DNA of 64,000 nt, taken from NCBI GenBank assembly GCA_951406725.2, contig OX597818.1, positions 56,172,001 to 56,236,000 on the forward strand, given 5' to 3'. Positions within the stretch are counted from its first letter, which is position 1. Each line of letters starts with the position of its first letter. Made by a program: the position numbers and the translations under genes. Positions 38,741-52,156 of this stretch are shown one piece after another. The stretch is from Octopus vulgaris. Its lineage: Eukaryota. Under the pieces are notes generated by a model. It was not told the DNA's origin. It did no database searches and saw only the letters and a program-made list of their open reading frames with translations.

Positions 38741-40119
38741 GTAGAAGTAAGGACTCAAACCCTTCAAAGGGGTGTTTAGCATCCAAGTTTCTGAGGAAAA
38801 GCCGAATTTGTGATTTCAAATGGATTATATTTTTCTCAAAGTTAAGAGGGAAAAACTCGGATCTTGTGAATCTTGTGAATTTTCCAAAGTCCTCCCCCAC
38901 CCTGTTGCTTTCCGTGCATTTTTGTTTTCAGATTCATTTCCTACATGGGTGTGAAGTAGAAAGATTTTGATTTTCTTCAAAGTTATGAGAGAAAAACATT
39001 GAATCTTGTGAATTTTCCGAAGTCCTCTCCCCACCCCCTCGAAAAAGGTTTTCCCCACAAAATTCATTATAATAGTAATCTATACCATTTGAAAGATATT
39101 TATATAAAATTTCATTTAAAAAAACCCCATTTTCCCAAAAGTTATGAGGGAAAAACATCGGATCTTGTGAATTTTCCAAAGGCCTCTTTCCACCCCCACC
39201 CCTATTGCTTTCTGAGAATTTTTGTTTGCATATCTGTTTCTTACGCCTTTTTTTTTATTTTACACCTGTTGCATTATCTTTTTCTCGATTTCGTTTCCAG
39301 GTAATAATGTCAGCATTAACCCTATTTTATTTTATTGCCCTCAGAAACATAGAAATGTGAAGTAAAGTGTGTTGACACTGCTAACCCTTTCATGATTTAA
39401 TTTCTGACAGGTAATTTGTTTCAATTAATTTTTAGTGCCACTTTAGCATACAGTAGACGTGGCCATTTACACTTTAGCATGCTATCTAACCCTAATTCTA
39501 AACCATAGCTCTAACCCTAATCTAACCCATAACGAGGCATGTATATGATGTAAACAAAAGGAAAAACAATACAAACGGATAAAGATTAAATCAATTTTAA
39601 TGCAGAATATTACACTTTGAAATGCACCATAAAGTTTCATGGCAGTATATACACAGTTCGGGCAAAGGTGCATATAATAAAAAATAACCAGGCACGGTTT
39701 AACACATACAAATTAATGTAAGTAAAATTTGGTGAAAATAAGTCACGGAATTAATGCCGGCAAGTAAACAAAAATAAAGTAGAACAGAGTGGTGAAAACA
39801 ATCAGAAGTAGTAAGCAAAAATATCCAAATTCCTTTAGTAGAAATGACCCGGAAGCTGTTGCTCTTCTGCAAACAGCAGTACATTCCCTCAGCTAAATAC
39901 ATGTCATTGATTGGTTAAAATTACCCAAACATGACAACTTTAACACGAAATAACATCTAAAATACAAAATTTTGTCAAAAATGTTCAGAGTAAACCATAT
40001 TCTATGTGAAAAATTCTACCAGTATTCGAAGTTTCAAACCATTTAGTTAAAAAACAATTAATTAGAAAATCTGTGATTGAGATGGAATAGATCCTAATAT
40101 TCATATCTGTGAAAGCTAC

Positions 40120-40198
40120 CTTCTTCGGCAAAGCATTTTGCTCTTATAAACTGCGGGAGAAAAGTCCTTCCTTTCATTAATCTTGATAAGCATTTCAC
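40120..40198 (-). other. Candidate 79-nt exon (copy 1)
   Basis: tatttacag|GT GAA ATG ... CGA AGA AG|gtagct, reading EMLIKINERKDFSPAVYKSKMLCRR. Confidence 0.35.
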
Positions 40199-40428
40199 CT
40201 GTAAATACCAGGTGTTCACTGATCCAAACCATGATGGGAACTAAAAAGAAAAGAAAAAGTAAAACATTAGTTCCATCAAGGCATCATTACCACCTGCTTG
40301 ACTTCGTTAACAGCGGAGATTGCTGGAGAAAACCCCATGGGAGGGGGTTCTATGCTTTTCTGCCGCACCTTGTATTAATAATTTGTTTTTGTCTTTCTTA
40401 TGCTATTGTAGCAAAAAGTTCTTTCGGT

Positions 40429-40840
40429 TACTCTTTACTCTTTTACTTGTTTCAATCATTTGACTGTGGCCATGCTGGAGCACTGCCTTTTAGTTGAGCA
40501 AATCGACCCCAGGATTTATTCTTTGCAAGCCTAGTACTTATTCATTCGGTCTCTTTTGCCAAACCGCTAAGTTACGGGGACGTAAACATGCCAGCATTGG
40601 TTGTCAAGCGATGTTGGGGGAACAAACACAGACACATAAAGACATACACACACATATACATATATATACATATCTACAACAGGCTTCATTCAGTTTCTGT
40701 CTACCAAATCCACTCACAAGGCTTTGGTCGGCCCGAGGCTATAGTAGAAGACACTTGCCCAAGGTGTCACGCAGTGGGACTGAACCCAGAACCATGTGGT
40801 TCATAAGCAAGCTACCTACCACACAGTCACTCCTACGCCT
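40429..40840 (-). mobile_element. SINE family A
   Basis: Full-length homology. Confidence 0.9.
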
Positions 40841-41199
40841 ACGGTTGAAAACATTTTTTTTGTTAAGTTACAGAAATCATTAAAAATTCGAATCAAATTT
40901 TGTTTCTATTTATTTGGTTCAACTTCTTTCAATTTTCCACGGAATTTCCTCAATATTCCATAGAGTGTGGGGGAGGGGTCAAAAATATTTCATAATTCAG
41001 CCCTCCTCAGAACCTATCTAATGGAACCATGTGTCCTTCATCCAATAAATCGTACCTTCATTTTAACTATCATACACACAAATCATTCTCCCCAGAGCTG
41101 CGATTTGACATCTTTCCTTTCCCTCACTACACTTAAAAGCATGCTTTGTGATGATCCATTTTTTTTTTTTTAATGCAAATCAAAGCACCCTTCCACTTG

Positions 41200-41440
41200 T
41201 AGTAGAATGCTTTGAAAACAAACATGGGGGATTAGATGAAGAGATGGCAAGACGTTGTCAACGCCCTGCAGCTGTTGTTTGGAGTCACTTTCAGTGCCCT
41301 TAGTGCCACAAGATATGCCTATCTCGTGTCGGTCTTGTCAACCACGTCCGCTCCCATAAGAAACTATGTGCTGGAGGCGGAGAAGGATGGACGTCTTAGG
41401 TCAACGTTGTCATCACCTTTGATGGGTTGTCATAAACTAG
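41200..41440 (+). mobile_element. RTE-clade LINE 3' end
   Basis: HFQCP*CHKICLSRVGLVNHVRSH resembles the C-terminal CCHH motif of RTE ORF2. Confidence 0.6.
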
Positions 41441-42062
41441 TGAAAATAAGCATGCAAATCAAAAAGCTATTTTATTGTATTTAGAAAAGCAACTGCAGTT
41501 TTGATACTTATCTGCCAGTATGAAGTTTGTCTTCTTTGTATCTAAGATAACAAAGAAAGTTTCTTGAAAATGTCATTTATAAATGATTTGTTTCAGCCAT
41601 TTTTATGCCAGGAAATTCTTATCTTCAGAGAGAAAAAAAAATCAATAACAAACTGGATAAACTCTCCATACCTTTTTTTAACAGACATGTTTAAGGCAAC
41701 AGGAAACCCAACTTGAACGAGAAGAATACGACCTATTCTGCAGCAAATTGTTTTGAAGCTGCAACTGGTCTTTATTACATAAATTTGTTGCTTTCCTTCA
41801 TGGCTTTAAATGAAGGACTGCATACAGGAATTTTATCAGCTCAAAAATACTTACGCTTGAATGATCTTAAAATTGCTTATTTCATTCAATTCATCAATAA
41901 AAGCGTCTAAGACAAGTTGTAATCAATGATTCAAACATCACTGTTGGATTGTCAAATAAATTCTTTCGTTTATTTCTGCATCACTAATTCGTTTTTTTTC
42001 CTTCATCACTATTTTATTCGGTTTTTTTTAATCTTTTTCCATCAATAATTTTAACAAATCAA

Positions 42063-42380
42063 TCAATAGTGTATTCTCCTTCATTGTTCACTTCTTACCA
42101 ATGTTTCTCAAGCTTGTCAATACCATGAGTGCAAAATTCACAGGGTCTTGGCTCAAAGAATTCATCGAGCCATGTTGTCGGCTCCATGTTATTGTTGAAC
42201 AAAACGCTTCACAGATGTTGAGGAGCGATCAATAAAGATGATAGTCTGAAAGTGCTATATCAAGAGGATACATTGGGTGTGAAAGAGCTTCTCAATTGAG
42301 TTCTTGAGTAGCATTATTTTTGTCAAATTAGCGACAAGGCGGTGATCATTGTCATGTTGAAGATGGCACGCTGTAACTCG
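42063..42380 (-). pseudogene. Mariner transposase C-terminal fragment
   Basis: HLQHDND, PDIALSDYHL (YSPDLAPSDYHLF motif), WLDEFFEPRPCEFCTHGIDKLEKHW..NNEGEY. Confidence 0.85.
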
Positions 42381-43136
42381 ATTTTTTTTATTTCCCACAA
42401 GAGGACAACACAGATAAAGGACAACATAATCTGATTAGAGTCAGATGAACAAATGGTTATTACATTAAGATGAAGTTAAAAATTCACAAAAATAAAAATA
42501 TAAATAAATCGAATGATAGGACAGACCGGAAGACATTACGGATAGAGTGGGGAGGCAGGTTCAATTTGGACCCCATGAGCCCCGCCTCACCACTGATACT
42601 TGAGATACGTCCTGCGTCGCATTCATGAGGTTACATTCACTCGCAACATCCGTGCTACATTCTTCCATCGATTTTCAAACATTTTCACAGTCAGGCATTT
42701 TCTCTCCAGCCCTATCTTCCTTTTAAGGTGAAAGTTGAATTCACCAATTCAGGGCCAGAGATGAAGGAGATGGCACACTATAAGTCATACATATGAAAAG
42801 AAGTAAAAATTTATTCAAGTTTCAAAAACAATAAACAAAATTTGTGCAGGAAAAAGTTATAAAAAGCAAACCATAAAACACTACAATGAAAATATTTTCC
42901 GGATTAATTCAAATAACAGTGGAAGGAAATGATTGAATTTATCTGACAAATTATTCCATTTCACAGTTCTTGAATTAATTTTTTTACTGATTTAAGCTTT
43001 CCATTCAAGTAAACCATGGTCTACATGAGAAATTCTACCAGTATTCGAAGTTTCAAACCATTTAGTTAAAAAACAATTAATTAAAATATCTGTGATTGAG
43101 ATGGAATAGATCTTAATATTCAACTATGAAAGCTAC

Positions 43137-43215
43137 CTTCTTCGGCAAAGCAGTTTGCTCTTATAGAGTGCAGGAAAGAAGTCCTTCCTTTCATTAATCT
43201 TGATAAGCATTTCAC
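43137..43215 (-). other. Candidate 79-nt exon (copy 2)
   Basis: Same splice context as 40120-40198, reading EMLIKINERKDFFPALYKSKLLCRR. Confidence 0.35.
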
Positions 43216-43411
43216 CTGTAAATACCTGGTGTTCATTGATCCAAACTCATGCCCAGTCAGAAAATGCATCAAATTTATATTCAAGTATTATTTGATTACT
43301 GTAATATTTAGAGTTCAACAACTAACACATTTTTAATTTAAAAGGTGGCAAACCAGCAGAATCTTTACACCTGTCAGGTAAAATGCCTTGCGATATCTTT
43401 TCCATCTTTTT

Positions 43412-43575
43412 GCCAATGGCGTAGCTAGGGTGTGGTGGTGCCTGGACAGCTTCTAAGTTTACTACTGCCTCCATCAGGCTCCTGCTTTTATAGCAAACCC
43501 AAATGTACCTTTCTCCCCATAAAAGTGTCACCCGGGGCAGATCGTCCCATCGCCCTGCCATTAGCTACACTGTAC
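43412..43575. mobile_element. hAT-like MITE
   Basis: caatggcgtagctag ... ttagctacactgtact degenerate CAGTGGCGTAGCTA-type TIRs. Confidence 0.5.
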
Positions 43576-43799
43576 TCTTTACATTCTGAATTGAAATCCC
43601 GCCAAGATTAATTTTGCTTTAATCTTTCTGGGGTGAATAAAATAAAATACCAGTAAAATACTGGGGTCTTAAATGCCATCAACTTATCCTCTTCTCTTAA
43701 AACTGCTGCCCTTGTGCCTAACTCAGAAACCATTATTTAATGTTTGGCATTATAAATATTTTCTGCAAATAAACAATTTTAAAGATCTTTTACTTATAT

Positions 43800-44390
43800 T
43801 CTTTTCTACTCTAGGCACAAAGCCCAAAATTTTGGGGGAGGGAGCCACTTGATTAGATTGACCCCAGTACGCAACTGGAACTTAATTTATTGACCCCAAA
43901 AGATGAAAGGCAAAATCAACTTCGACAGAATTTGAACTCAGAATGTAAAGACAGATGAAATACCACTAAGTATTTCACCCGTCGTGCTAACAATTCTTTT
44001 CTATTCTAGGCACAAGACCTGAAATTTTGGGGGAAGGAGGCACAGTCGATTAGATTGACCCCAGTATGCAACTGGTACTTAATTTATCGACCCTGAAAGA
44101 TGATAGGCAAAGTTGACCTAGGCGGAATTTGAACTCAGAACATAAAGACAGACAAAATACCGATTTCTTTACTACTCACAAGGAGCTAAACATAGAGAGG
44201 ACAAACAAGGACAGACAAATGGATTGAGTCGATTATATCGACCCCAGTGCGTAACTGGTACTTATTTAATTGGCCCCTGAAAGGATGAAAGGCAAAGTCT
44301 ACCTCGGTAAAATTTGAACTCAGTACGTGTCGGTAGACAAAATACCACTAAGTATTTCGCCCGGCATGCTAACATTTCTGCCAGCTTACC
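43800..44390 (-). mobile_element. Tandem SINE family B-type copies
   Basis: Three repeated gaccccagt...aatttgaactcag units. Confidence 0.85.
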
Positions 44391-44633
44391 TCCTGAAATC
44401 TTTTACTTATATTAGAAGGTTGTACTCACGGCCCTTTACAGGGTCTCTTTGAGGGAGAAGGAAGATATTTTCAAACCAGGATCAGTCCTGAATGCTTGCA
44501 ACAGAATAGACTCAGTTAAAGACATCCAAGGTGCCATGAGGTGGTGTTAAATCAAGAGACAGATTAAAGTCTACCACCCAAGAAGGCCAAGACCAGATTT
44601 GAACTCAGAACACATTTTTAGGGGGCTGTACTT

Positions 44634-45089
44634 CTGTAAAACCTAAACCTTGTGTATAATATGCACTACTTCTCTAACTTGAGTCGTGCGTAATTAAGCC
44701 AGCAGCACCTAGTCGAACAAACACTTCCATGCATGCGTAATACAATAATGGTGATGTTCTTAACTGTTATATGGGAATGTAAATATGTTTGCAAATTGTT
44801 TTTGTTACATGTTATTCTGTGTTCTGAATACTTTTATTTTAATAAATGTTGCTTACTGCAAGTTATGGATGATTCTTTTATGACTTCATTGCTTTCAGGC
44901 TTAGCTTAAGGTATTTTCGCGCCCGACATCACAAAATGCGTCTGAATAAACATTGCCGGACAGCAAATAGAGACTCGGACATTGCTTAGAAAATAATTTT
45001 TCATTTTTAACCTCGTATATAGGACGCACTAGGGATTTTGACCTTTAAATTTTGGGGGGAAAATGCGGATTATACTCGAGGATTTACGG
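44634..45089. mobile_element. pogo/Tc2-type MITE
   Basis: Right end ...aatgcggattatactcgaggatttacgg|TA; left end degenerate. Confidence 0.55.
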
Positions 45090-45448
45090 TATGCTCTACA
45101 ATAAAAGTTGAAGAAAACCACCAATGCAAGCAGTTCCTTAAACTCACCATATCAGACAATGGTCGGTTTCATTTTACAAAGCTATAAACCATGTTTAAAA
45201 AATTCTTGCTTTGTTATTTTAATATATTTTTCGTATTTCATCATGTAACATTATTTTTATCTTGTAACATCTTATGAAAACTTACAAGAGACTTCTTGTT
45301 TTTATTCATGTCATAGATTTACAACATTTGGGTAAGAATTTTGATTTATTGTTTGGTTCTGACATCCAACAATTGGGTAATAAATTAAAATTTTTTAAAT
45401 CATGGAAGTTTCTTCCAGAAACATGTCACTGCATTAAGAACTTTACAA

Positions 45449-45661
45449 TCTCTTTTACTCTTTTACTTGTTTCAATCATTTGACTGCAGCCATGCTGGAG
45501 CACCACCTTTAGTCGAGAAAATCGACCCCAGGACTTATTCTTTGTAAGCCCAGTACTTATTCTATCGGTCTCTTTTGCCGAACCGCTAAGTGACAGGGAC
45601 GTAAACACACCAGCATCGGTTGTCAAGCGATGTTGGAGGGACAAACACAGACACACAAATG

Positions 45662-45695
<34 letters not shown>

Positions 45696-45868
45696 CATAT
45701 ACATACAACAGGCTTCTTTCAGTTTCTGTCTACCAAATCCACTCACAAGGCTTTGGTTGGTCCGAGGCTATAGTAGAAGACACTTGCCCAAGGTGCCACG
45801 CAGTGGGACTGAATCCAGAGCCATGTGGTTGGTAAGCAAGCTACTTACCACAGCCACTCCTGCGCCTA
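45449..45868 (-). mobile_element. SINE family A
   Basis: Full-length homology. Confidence 0.9.
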
Positions 45869-46419
45869 TGATTATTAATGGCACCAGTGACGTCGCAACT
45901 CATTTCTACAGCTGAGTGAACTGGAGCAATGTGAAATAAAGTGTCTTGCTCAAGACCACATCACAGAGCCTGGTCTGAGAATCAAACTCACTACCCCATG
46001 ATAGTGACCGCCCCCCCCGATGCTCTAACCACTGAACCATGTGCTAGATATATACATACATATACACGACAGGCCTCCCTCAGCCTCCATCTACCAACTC
46101 CACCCACAAGGCCTAGGTAGGCCTGAGGCTATAGTAGAAGATACCCACCCAAGGTGTCACACAGCAGGACCAAACCCAGAACAACATGATTGGAAAGCAA
46201 GTTTCTAACCCCACAACCACGCCTGACTTTGTTATTATTATTTTATAAACATTCCAGCATGGTCTCTACCTCGATTCAAACTACCTCAATCAGAAGTAAG
46301 GCATGTCTACACAAGTGTACCCTTCCTTCGACTTTGTTTCCTCATAACCTTTAGAAGAATGGTAATTTTTAAAATAAAGTTTCCACAAATAACTTTCAGG
46401 TTGTGTAAATTCCAATTAT

Positions 46420-47198
46420 ATTGGAAATTCTTGTGAAGAAAACTTTTTCAGAGGTGGGACGAGAGGAGTTTCTTCACATGAACTGGACACACCTTGGCAG
46501 TCAGTCAGCCCAAAGTCTTTGGCCAAGGACTCTGCTTTCAGTCTTATGTGTACTGTGCTTACCCCTTGGTGTGAGGCTCTCTGCTCAGGTACCCAACTCT
46601 CAACCTGGTCTTCTAGGACTGGCCGTCTAGCTTTCGTGCCACAATTTGCTCTTTTGGTCAGTTGTGGTGAATCTTCCTTTTTGCACCATGAACAGACCAT
46701 GGCTTCATTTATGCTGTGCTGTCTTGCTTTAACTCTGTTACCATTTTCTTTTGCATAGTTGATACATCCTAAATTGAAGACAGCTGTTAACTCTTTCTCG
46801 GAGGCATTTTGAAACTACATACACGTCAGCAAAAAAAAAGCTAGCTGCGGAATCATAGCTCTATGGATCTTTTAAACACTGGTGTGCTCTATGTCTGGAT
46901 AAAACCAAAATTTTCCCCAAAATTTGGCCCTGTGGTTTAACCCTTTAGTGTTCAGATTAATCTGTTAAATGTAATACTTTTTTCACTCAAATTATTTTCA
47001 ATTAATCACACATTATCTTAAAGCTTTGAAGTTTCAATGGTGTGATAGTTTATTCTTAGAATGTCAATGTAGGTTAGGTGTGAGGGGCTAGATACGGCCA
47101 GTTTGAATGAAAAACATGTAGGATATTTAGGCCGGATATGGCCGGCTTAAACACCAAAGGGTTAAATACCGATGCGTTTTATAGACCGGAAAATACGG
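46420..47198 (-). mobile_element. pogo/Tigger-type DNA transposon 5' part with decayed transposase
   Basis: TA|ccgtattttccggtctataaaacgca terminus. Peptides INYAKENGNR..ARQHSINEAMVCSW (Brinker-type DBD) and RPVLEDQVESWVPEQRASHQGVSTVHIRLKA (CENP-B HTH). Confidence 0.8.
46941..47161. mobile_element. piggyBac-type MITE with TTAA TSD nested in the pogo element
   Basis: TTAA|ccctttag ... ccaaaggg|TTAA. Confidence 0.8.
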
Positions 47199-47649
47199 TA
47201 ATCTACCTTACGTGAAAGACATTTGTAGAAAAATTCATTAAAAAAATATCCTTTTGTTTGAAATTTATGCAGAAACAAAGTCAGTGGAACACACTTTTGT
47301 TGATATGCCAAAAATGGACCATAAATATTTAGCCAGTTAGTATAGATTCGGAAGAAGCGGATCTCCTACTTAAATCACAGTCATCTTTACTTTCTCACTT
47401 AAATGTCAATCGGTTTTAAGAACAGGTTAAAATCTGAGAATTCCTAAAGCGCAGAAGTGAGTCAGTTTGGCGTTGGGTTGCAGTAAAACATTAGAAAATG
47501 GCATTCTACAGATTTTCTCTCTGTTTCTGACATTTCAAATACTCTTGTTTGATGCATGTTTAATGGTGTAATTAGTTAATGTAATATTAATTAACTGAAA
47601 TATACTGTAACACATCGAGTACTTACACACATTGTGATAGGCTGTTGCA

Positions 47650-47788
47650 GTGGTAATTGTAGAAGTCGTCATCGTCGTCGTAGTAGTAGTTGTAGTGGTG
47701 GTGGTGGTGGTGGTGGTGGTTGTAGTAGTAGTTGTACTAGTAGTAGTTGTAGTAGTAGTGGTGGTGGTGGTAGTTGTAGTAGTAGTAA

Positions 47789-47825
<37 letters not shown>

Positions 47826-47858
47826 GGTAGTGGTGGTGGTAGTGGTGGTGGTAGTTGT

Positions 47859-47901
<43 letters not shown>

Positions 47902-48030
47902 TGTTGTTGTTGTAGTTGTAGTAGTAGTAGTAGTAGCAGCAACAGCAGCAGTAGTAGTAGTCGTTGTTGCAGTAGTAGTAGTAGTTGTAGTAATAGTAGT
48001 TGTAGCAGCAGCAGCAGCAGTAGTAGTAGT
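47650..48030 (+). repeat. (GTA/GTG/GTT/GCA)n trinucleotide tract
   Basis: Directly visible. Confidence 0.95.
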
Positions 48031-48298
48031 TCGTGTTTCACTACGGGTTTGTCCTGATTGAGCAGACCAAAGACAAGATGGCCCCAATCCAGTTGTGACT
48101 GCCCTGTCTTTTTTCCCCTTTTTCTTATGTGCAAGACTGCATTATCCAACGTCTCCTTTTTATATATATAACCTCTACATCACCACAGAATGTGATCTGA
48201 GGTAGATTTGGTCACTACTTCTAGCAGGACTAGCAGCTAGGCAGAAACTTCTTCTAGAAATCGAGAAAATGGTGAATTTTCTATTTACCTAGACCTAG

Positions 48299-48925
48299 AC
48301 ACAAGAGTGGCTGTGTGGTAAGAAGTTTGGTTCCCAACCACATGGTTCCAAGTTCAGTCCCACTGCATGTCACCTTGGGCAAGTGTCTTCTACTATAGCT
48401 TCAGACCAACCAAAGTCTTGTCGGTGGATCTGGCAGACGGAAACTGAAAGAAGCCTGTCGTATGTATATAAATATATATATACATATTCTTTTATTTGTT
48501 TCAGTCATTTGACTGCAACCATGCTGGAGCACCACCTTTTAGTCGAGCAAATCGACCCCAGGACTTATTCTTTGCAAGCCTAGTACTTATTCTATTGGTG
48601 TATTTTGTCGCACCGCTAAGTTATGGGGACATAAATGCACCGACATTAATTGTCAAGTGATTGTGGGGAACAACACACACATACAATCACACACACACAC
48701 AAACACACACATATATACACAACGGGGTTCTTTCAGTTTTTATCTACCAAATGCACTCGCAAGGCTTTGGTCAGCCTGAGGCAATAGTAGAAGACACTTG
48801 CCCATGGTGCCATGTAGTGGAACTGAACCCGGAACCATATGGTTGGGAAGCAAGCTTCTTACCACACAGCCACATCTGCGCCTATATGTATACATATATA
48901 TATATACCATATATATATATATATA

Positions 48926-48957
<32 letters not shown>

Positions 48958-49200
48958 CATATATGTATGTATATATAAATATGTGCGTATGTGTCTGTGT
49001 GTTGTCTCCCACTACTGCTTGACAACCGGTGTTGGTACATTTACATCCACATAACCTAGCAGCTCAACAAAAGAGACTGATAGAGTAAGTACCAGGCTTA
49101 AAAAGTAAGCAATGGAGTTGATGCATTCAACTAGAAATTCTTCAAGGTGGTGCCCCAGCATGGCCACAGTCTAATAACTGAAACAAGTAAAAGATGAAAG
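48299..49200 (+). mobile_element. SINE family A with an opposite-orientation family A copy (48487-48884) nested in its microsatellite
   Basis: Plus head 48299-48480, minus copy 48487-48884, plus tail ~48990-49200. Confidence 0.8.
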
Positions 49201-49209
49201 ATAGTAACA

Positions 49210-49674
49210 CGACAAGGGAACAGTCAGAGGCTTCGACAAGTTTCCACTAACATAACTCTTGCTGCTGATGCTGTTTGTTTCTTGAGCGAGGTGGTCTTCG
49301 TCTCTGAGCTCGCAAGATCGTGCCTCAGGATTGTCTAGTGGGAGAAGTCTGAAACGTGGTCCTTTGCTATTTGTAAGACCCGCAGAAGAGAAAACAGGTC
49401 AACCCCCGACACCGAGAGCATCGACAGATGGATAAATGCACATTCAGGCTCAGCGGTTGCATAGGAAATCGGAGACAAGAAACAGGAAGAAAGAGTGAGA
49501 TAAAGTTGGAGTGAAAGAGTACAACAGGGGTCGCCACCAACCCCTGCCGGAGTCTCGTGGAGCTTTAGGTGCTTTCACTCAATAAACACGCACAACACCC
49601 GATCTGGGAATTGAAACTGCGATCCTCCGACCACAAGTCCACTGCCCTAACCATTGGGCCATTGCGCCTCCACA
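49210..49674 (-). mobile_element. SINE family D (tail type 3)
   Basis: Minus head tgtggaggcgcaatggcccaatggttagggcagtggac; 3' half unlike the other family D copies. Confidence 0.75.
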
Positions 49675-50340
49675 TCTTGATTCTGTTGATCAAAATTTCA
49701 GTACTTTAGATAGATGAAAGTTGCCACATGAAATAAATGGGGTTTATGTCTAATTGTTAAACTTTGGTTAATATGTAATGGAAGGACGGACGTGGATATC
49801 TTCTCTTGGGTTTTCAGAAACAAAACAGACAGGAAATGGCTGTTTAACAACTATAATAAAATGGTAATTTTCTCAGGAAGCGCTATTAATTATAGCCACG
49901 GTGTTGGTGCTTTCTCAAACAGAACTGTCACCAGGTCCTTGTTTTGATGTAAACCAGTTTATGATTGAGTTATAAAAACCGGATGCAGAGGAAAACAATC
50001 CAATGTTACAGCCAAATATAGAATTTTATGCTCCAATAAACTGATGTGAATGAAGATGAGGTAGGTAGATTCTATGATGCACTACAAGAAATCGATCAAT
50101 CATTTCAAAAAAGATGTTCTCAATCTCATTGGAGACGCAAATGATGAGGTGAGGAAACTAATGAGAAAACTGGTAGGGGAGGGGAAAGTTTCAGGTTAAG
50201 CATTATGAAGAAGCCAGGAGACCATTCTGTTGAATTCTGGGAAACAAACCAAGATAAACTATAATCTGTGATGCTGATTAAACAATGTATTAGAAATTCA
50301 AAGTTTGTTTATTTTAATTTGCAAGATTTGTGACCAAATA

Positions 50341-50772
50341 GCCACAGGAGTGGCTGTGTGGTAAGTAGCTTGCTTATGAACCACATGGTTCTAAGTTCAT
50401 TCCCACTGCGTGGCACCTTGGGCAAGTGTCTTCTACTATAGCCTCGGGCCGACCAAAGCCTTGTGAGTGGATTTGGTAGACGAAAACTGAAAGAAGCCCA
50501 TCGTATATATGTATATGTATATATATATATGCATATGCATGTGTGTATATGTTTGTGTGTCTGTGTTTGTCCCCCCACCATCACTTGACAACCGATGCTG
50601 GTGTATTTACATAACCGTAACCTACCAGTTCAGCAAAAGAGACCAATAGAATAAGTACTAGGCTTACAAAGAATAAGTCCTGGGGTCGATTTGCTCGACT
50701 AAAGGCGGTGCTCCAGCATGGCCACTGTCAAATGACTGAAACAAGTAAAAGAGTAAAAAGAGAGTAGAGAGT
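50341..50772 (+). mobile_element. SINE family A
   Basis: Full-length homology. Confidence 0.9.
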
Positions 50773-52156
50773 AACCAATGGAAAACCAATTATAACAATG
50801 ATAATAACAGATAATAATAATAGTAAAGTAAGGGACAGCAGAAATGCATACTAGCTAACTGCCCCATCCATGATACAGATTTATGCCAGATTTTTCTATT
50901 ATTATTATCTGAAGAAGGAATGTTTGCATTCCGAAATATTATTATTATATCAGACTATGGATAATTAAATTATAACAGTTATTATTGTCCACTCTGCATT
51001 GTTTGTGCTGTTCAAGACATGTTGTATTTTAAAGATGAACATATCAATAAAGTATGAGCTTGCAAACATTCCAAATTAATATAATATCGAAATAGAGAGA
51101 AAAAAAATAAACATGATTGCACAAACTTTGGCAATGTGAGGAGGAATGGTATCCAGGAGAATTGTGGAATAAAGTTGAGAAATGGAGTTTTGGAGGCAGA
51201 AGAAAAAATATCTTACCAAAGAAAAATAAAGATGATTGAAGTGAACAACTGACGAGAGATGAGGTAAAAACTGAAGGATGATCTGTCCAAACCAGTGTTA
51301 GGACAAAAAGTGGATCAACAGCTGAGTCATGAAATTCAAATCATGATGAAAAAAGAATTAGGAAAATAGCAATGAAATTTGTGATGAGATTGAGAAAGAA
51401 TTTTCTGCCAAGAGCAATACTAAAGATTAAAAAAAAAACAAAAACGGTGGAGCTAATAAACAAGAAAATTTGCACCAAGAAATGTTATGACAGACAAAGA
51501 TGGTAATATGATTTATGAAGGAAAAAATATTTGGAAATGGAGAAAGAATAGTGTTATGGCTTACGGAAGAAAACAACAGATATTTATCAAACAGAATGTA
51601 ATCTGAAATGATGAAAGGATAAATTGTGTTAGAAAAGAAAGAACACCTACATCACTGTTGTATCAAGTGAAAACAAAAATGCCTGAAAAATACGAAAAAC
51701 AACAAAACTCTTGGAAAAGATGACATTGCGAGAGAATTTTGAAAAAATGGTGAAGTGTCTGTGAAATTGTTATCACTGCTTGAGTGCAAAAATATGATGG
51801 AATTCAAATGGTCAATTTTTTTGACTGAATGAATTTTCATTTCATTAACAAAATTCTAAAATCAAAAATTAATGTTTAAGGCAGTGAAATAGCAGACCTG
51901 CTAGCATGCCGGACAAAGTGTTTAGTGGCATTTTGTTCAACATTACATTCTGAGTTCAAATTCTGCCGCGGTCGACTTTACCTTTCATCCTTTCAGGATC
52001 GATAAAATAAGTACCAAGTTGAGCACTAGGAGTCGATGTAATCAACTTAACCCCTACCCAGCAAAAAATTTGCTGGCCTTGTGCCAAATTTGAAACCAAT
52101 ATCAAAATTTAATACAATATATGTGTGTGTGTAAACAATGACAAACCTGCACTTTG

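Noticed and set aside
39480-39530. CCCTAA telomere-like motifs (also ~27185-27217 and ~31995)
   Set aside because: Few degenerate units inside MITE-like repeats; not a telomere or fusion site.
41305-41365. C2H2 zinc-finger gene
   Set aside because: Single CCHH motif with an in-frame stop that fits the C-terminus of an RTE LINE ORF2.
47535-48149. Poly-L/T/V/S ORFs
   Set aside because: Trinucleotide microsatellite open in several frames.
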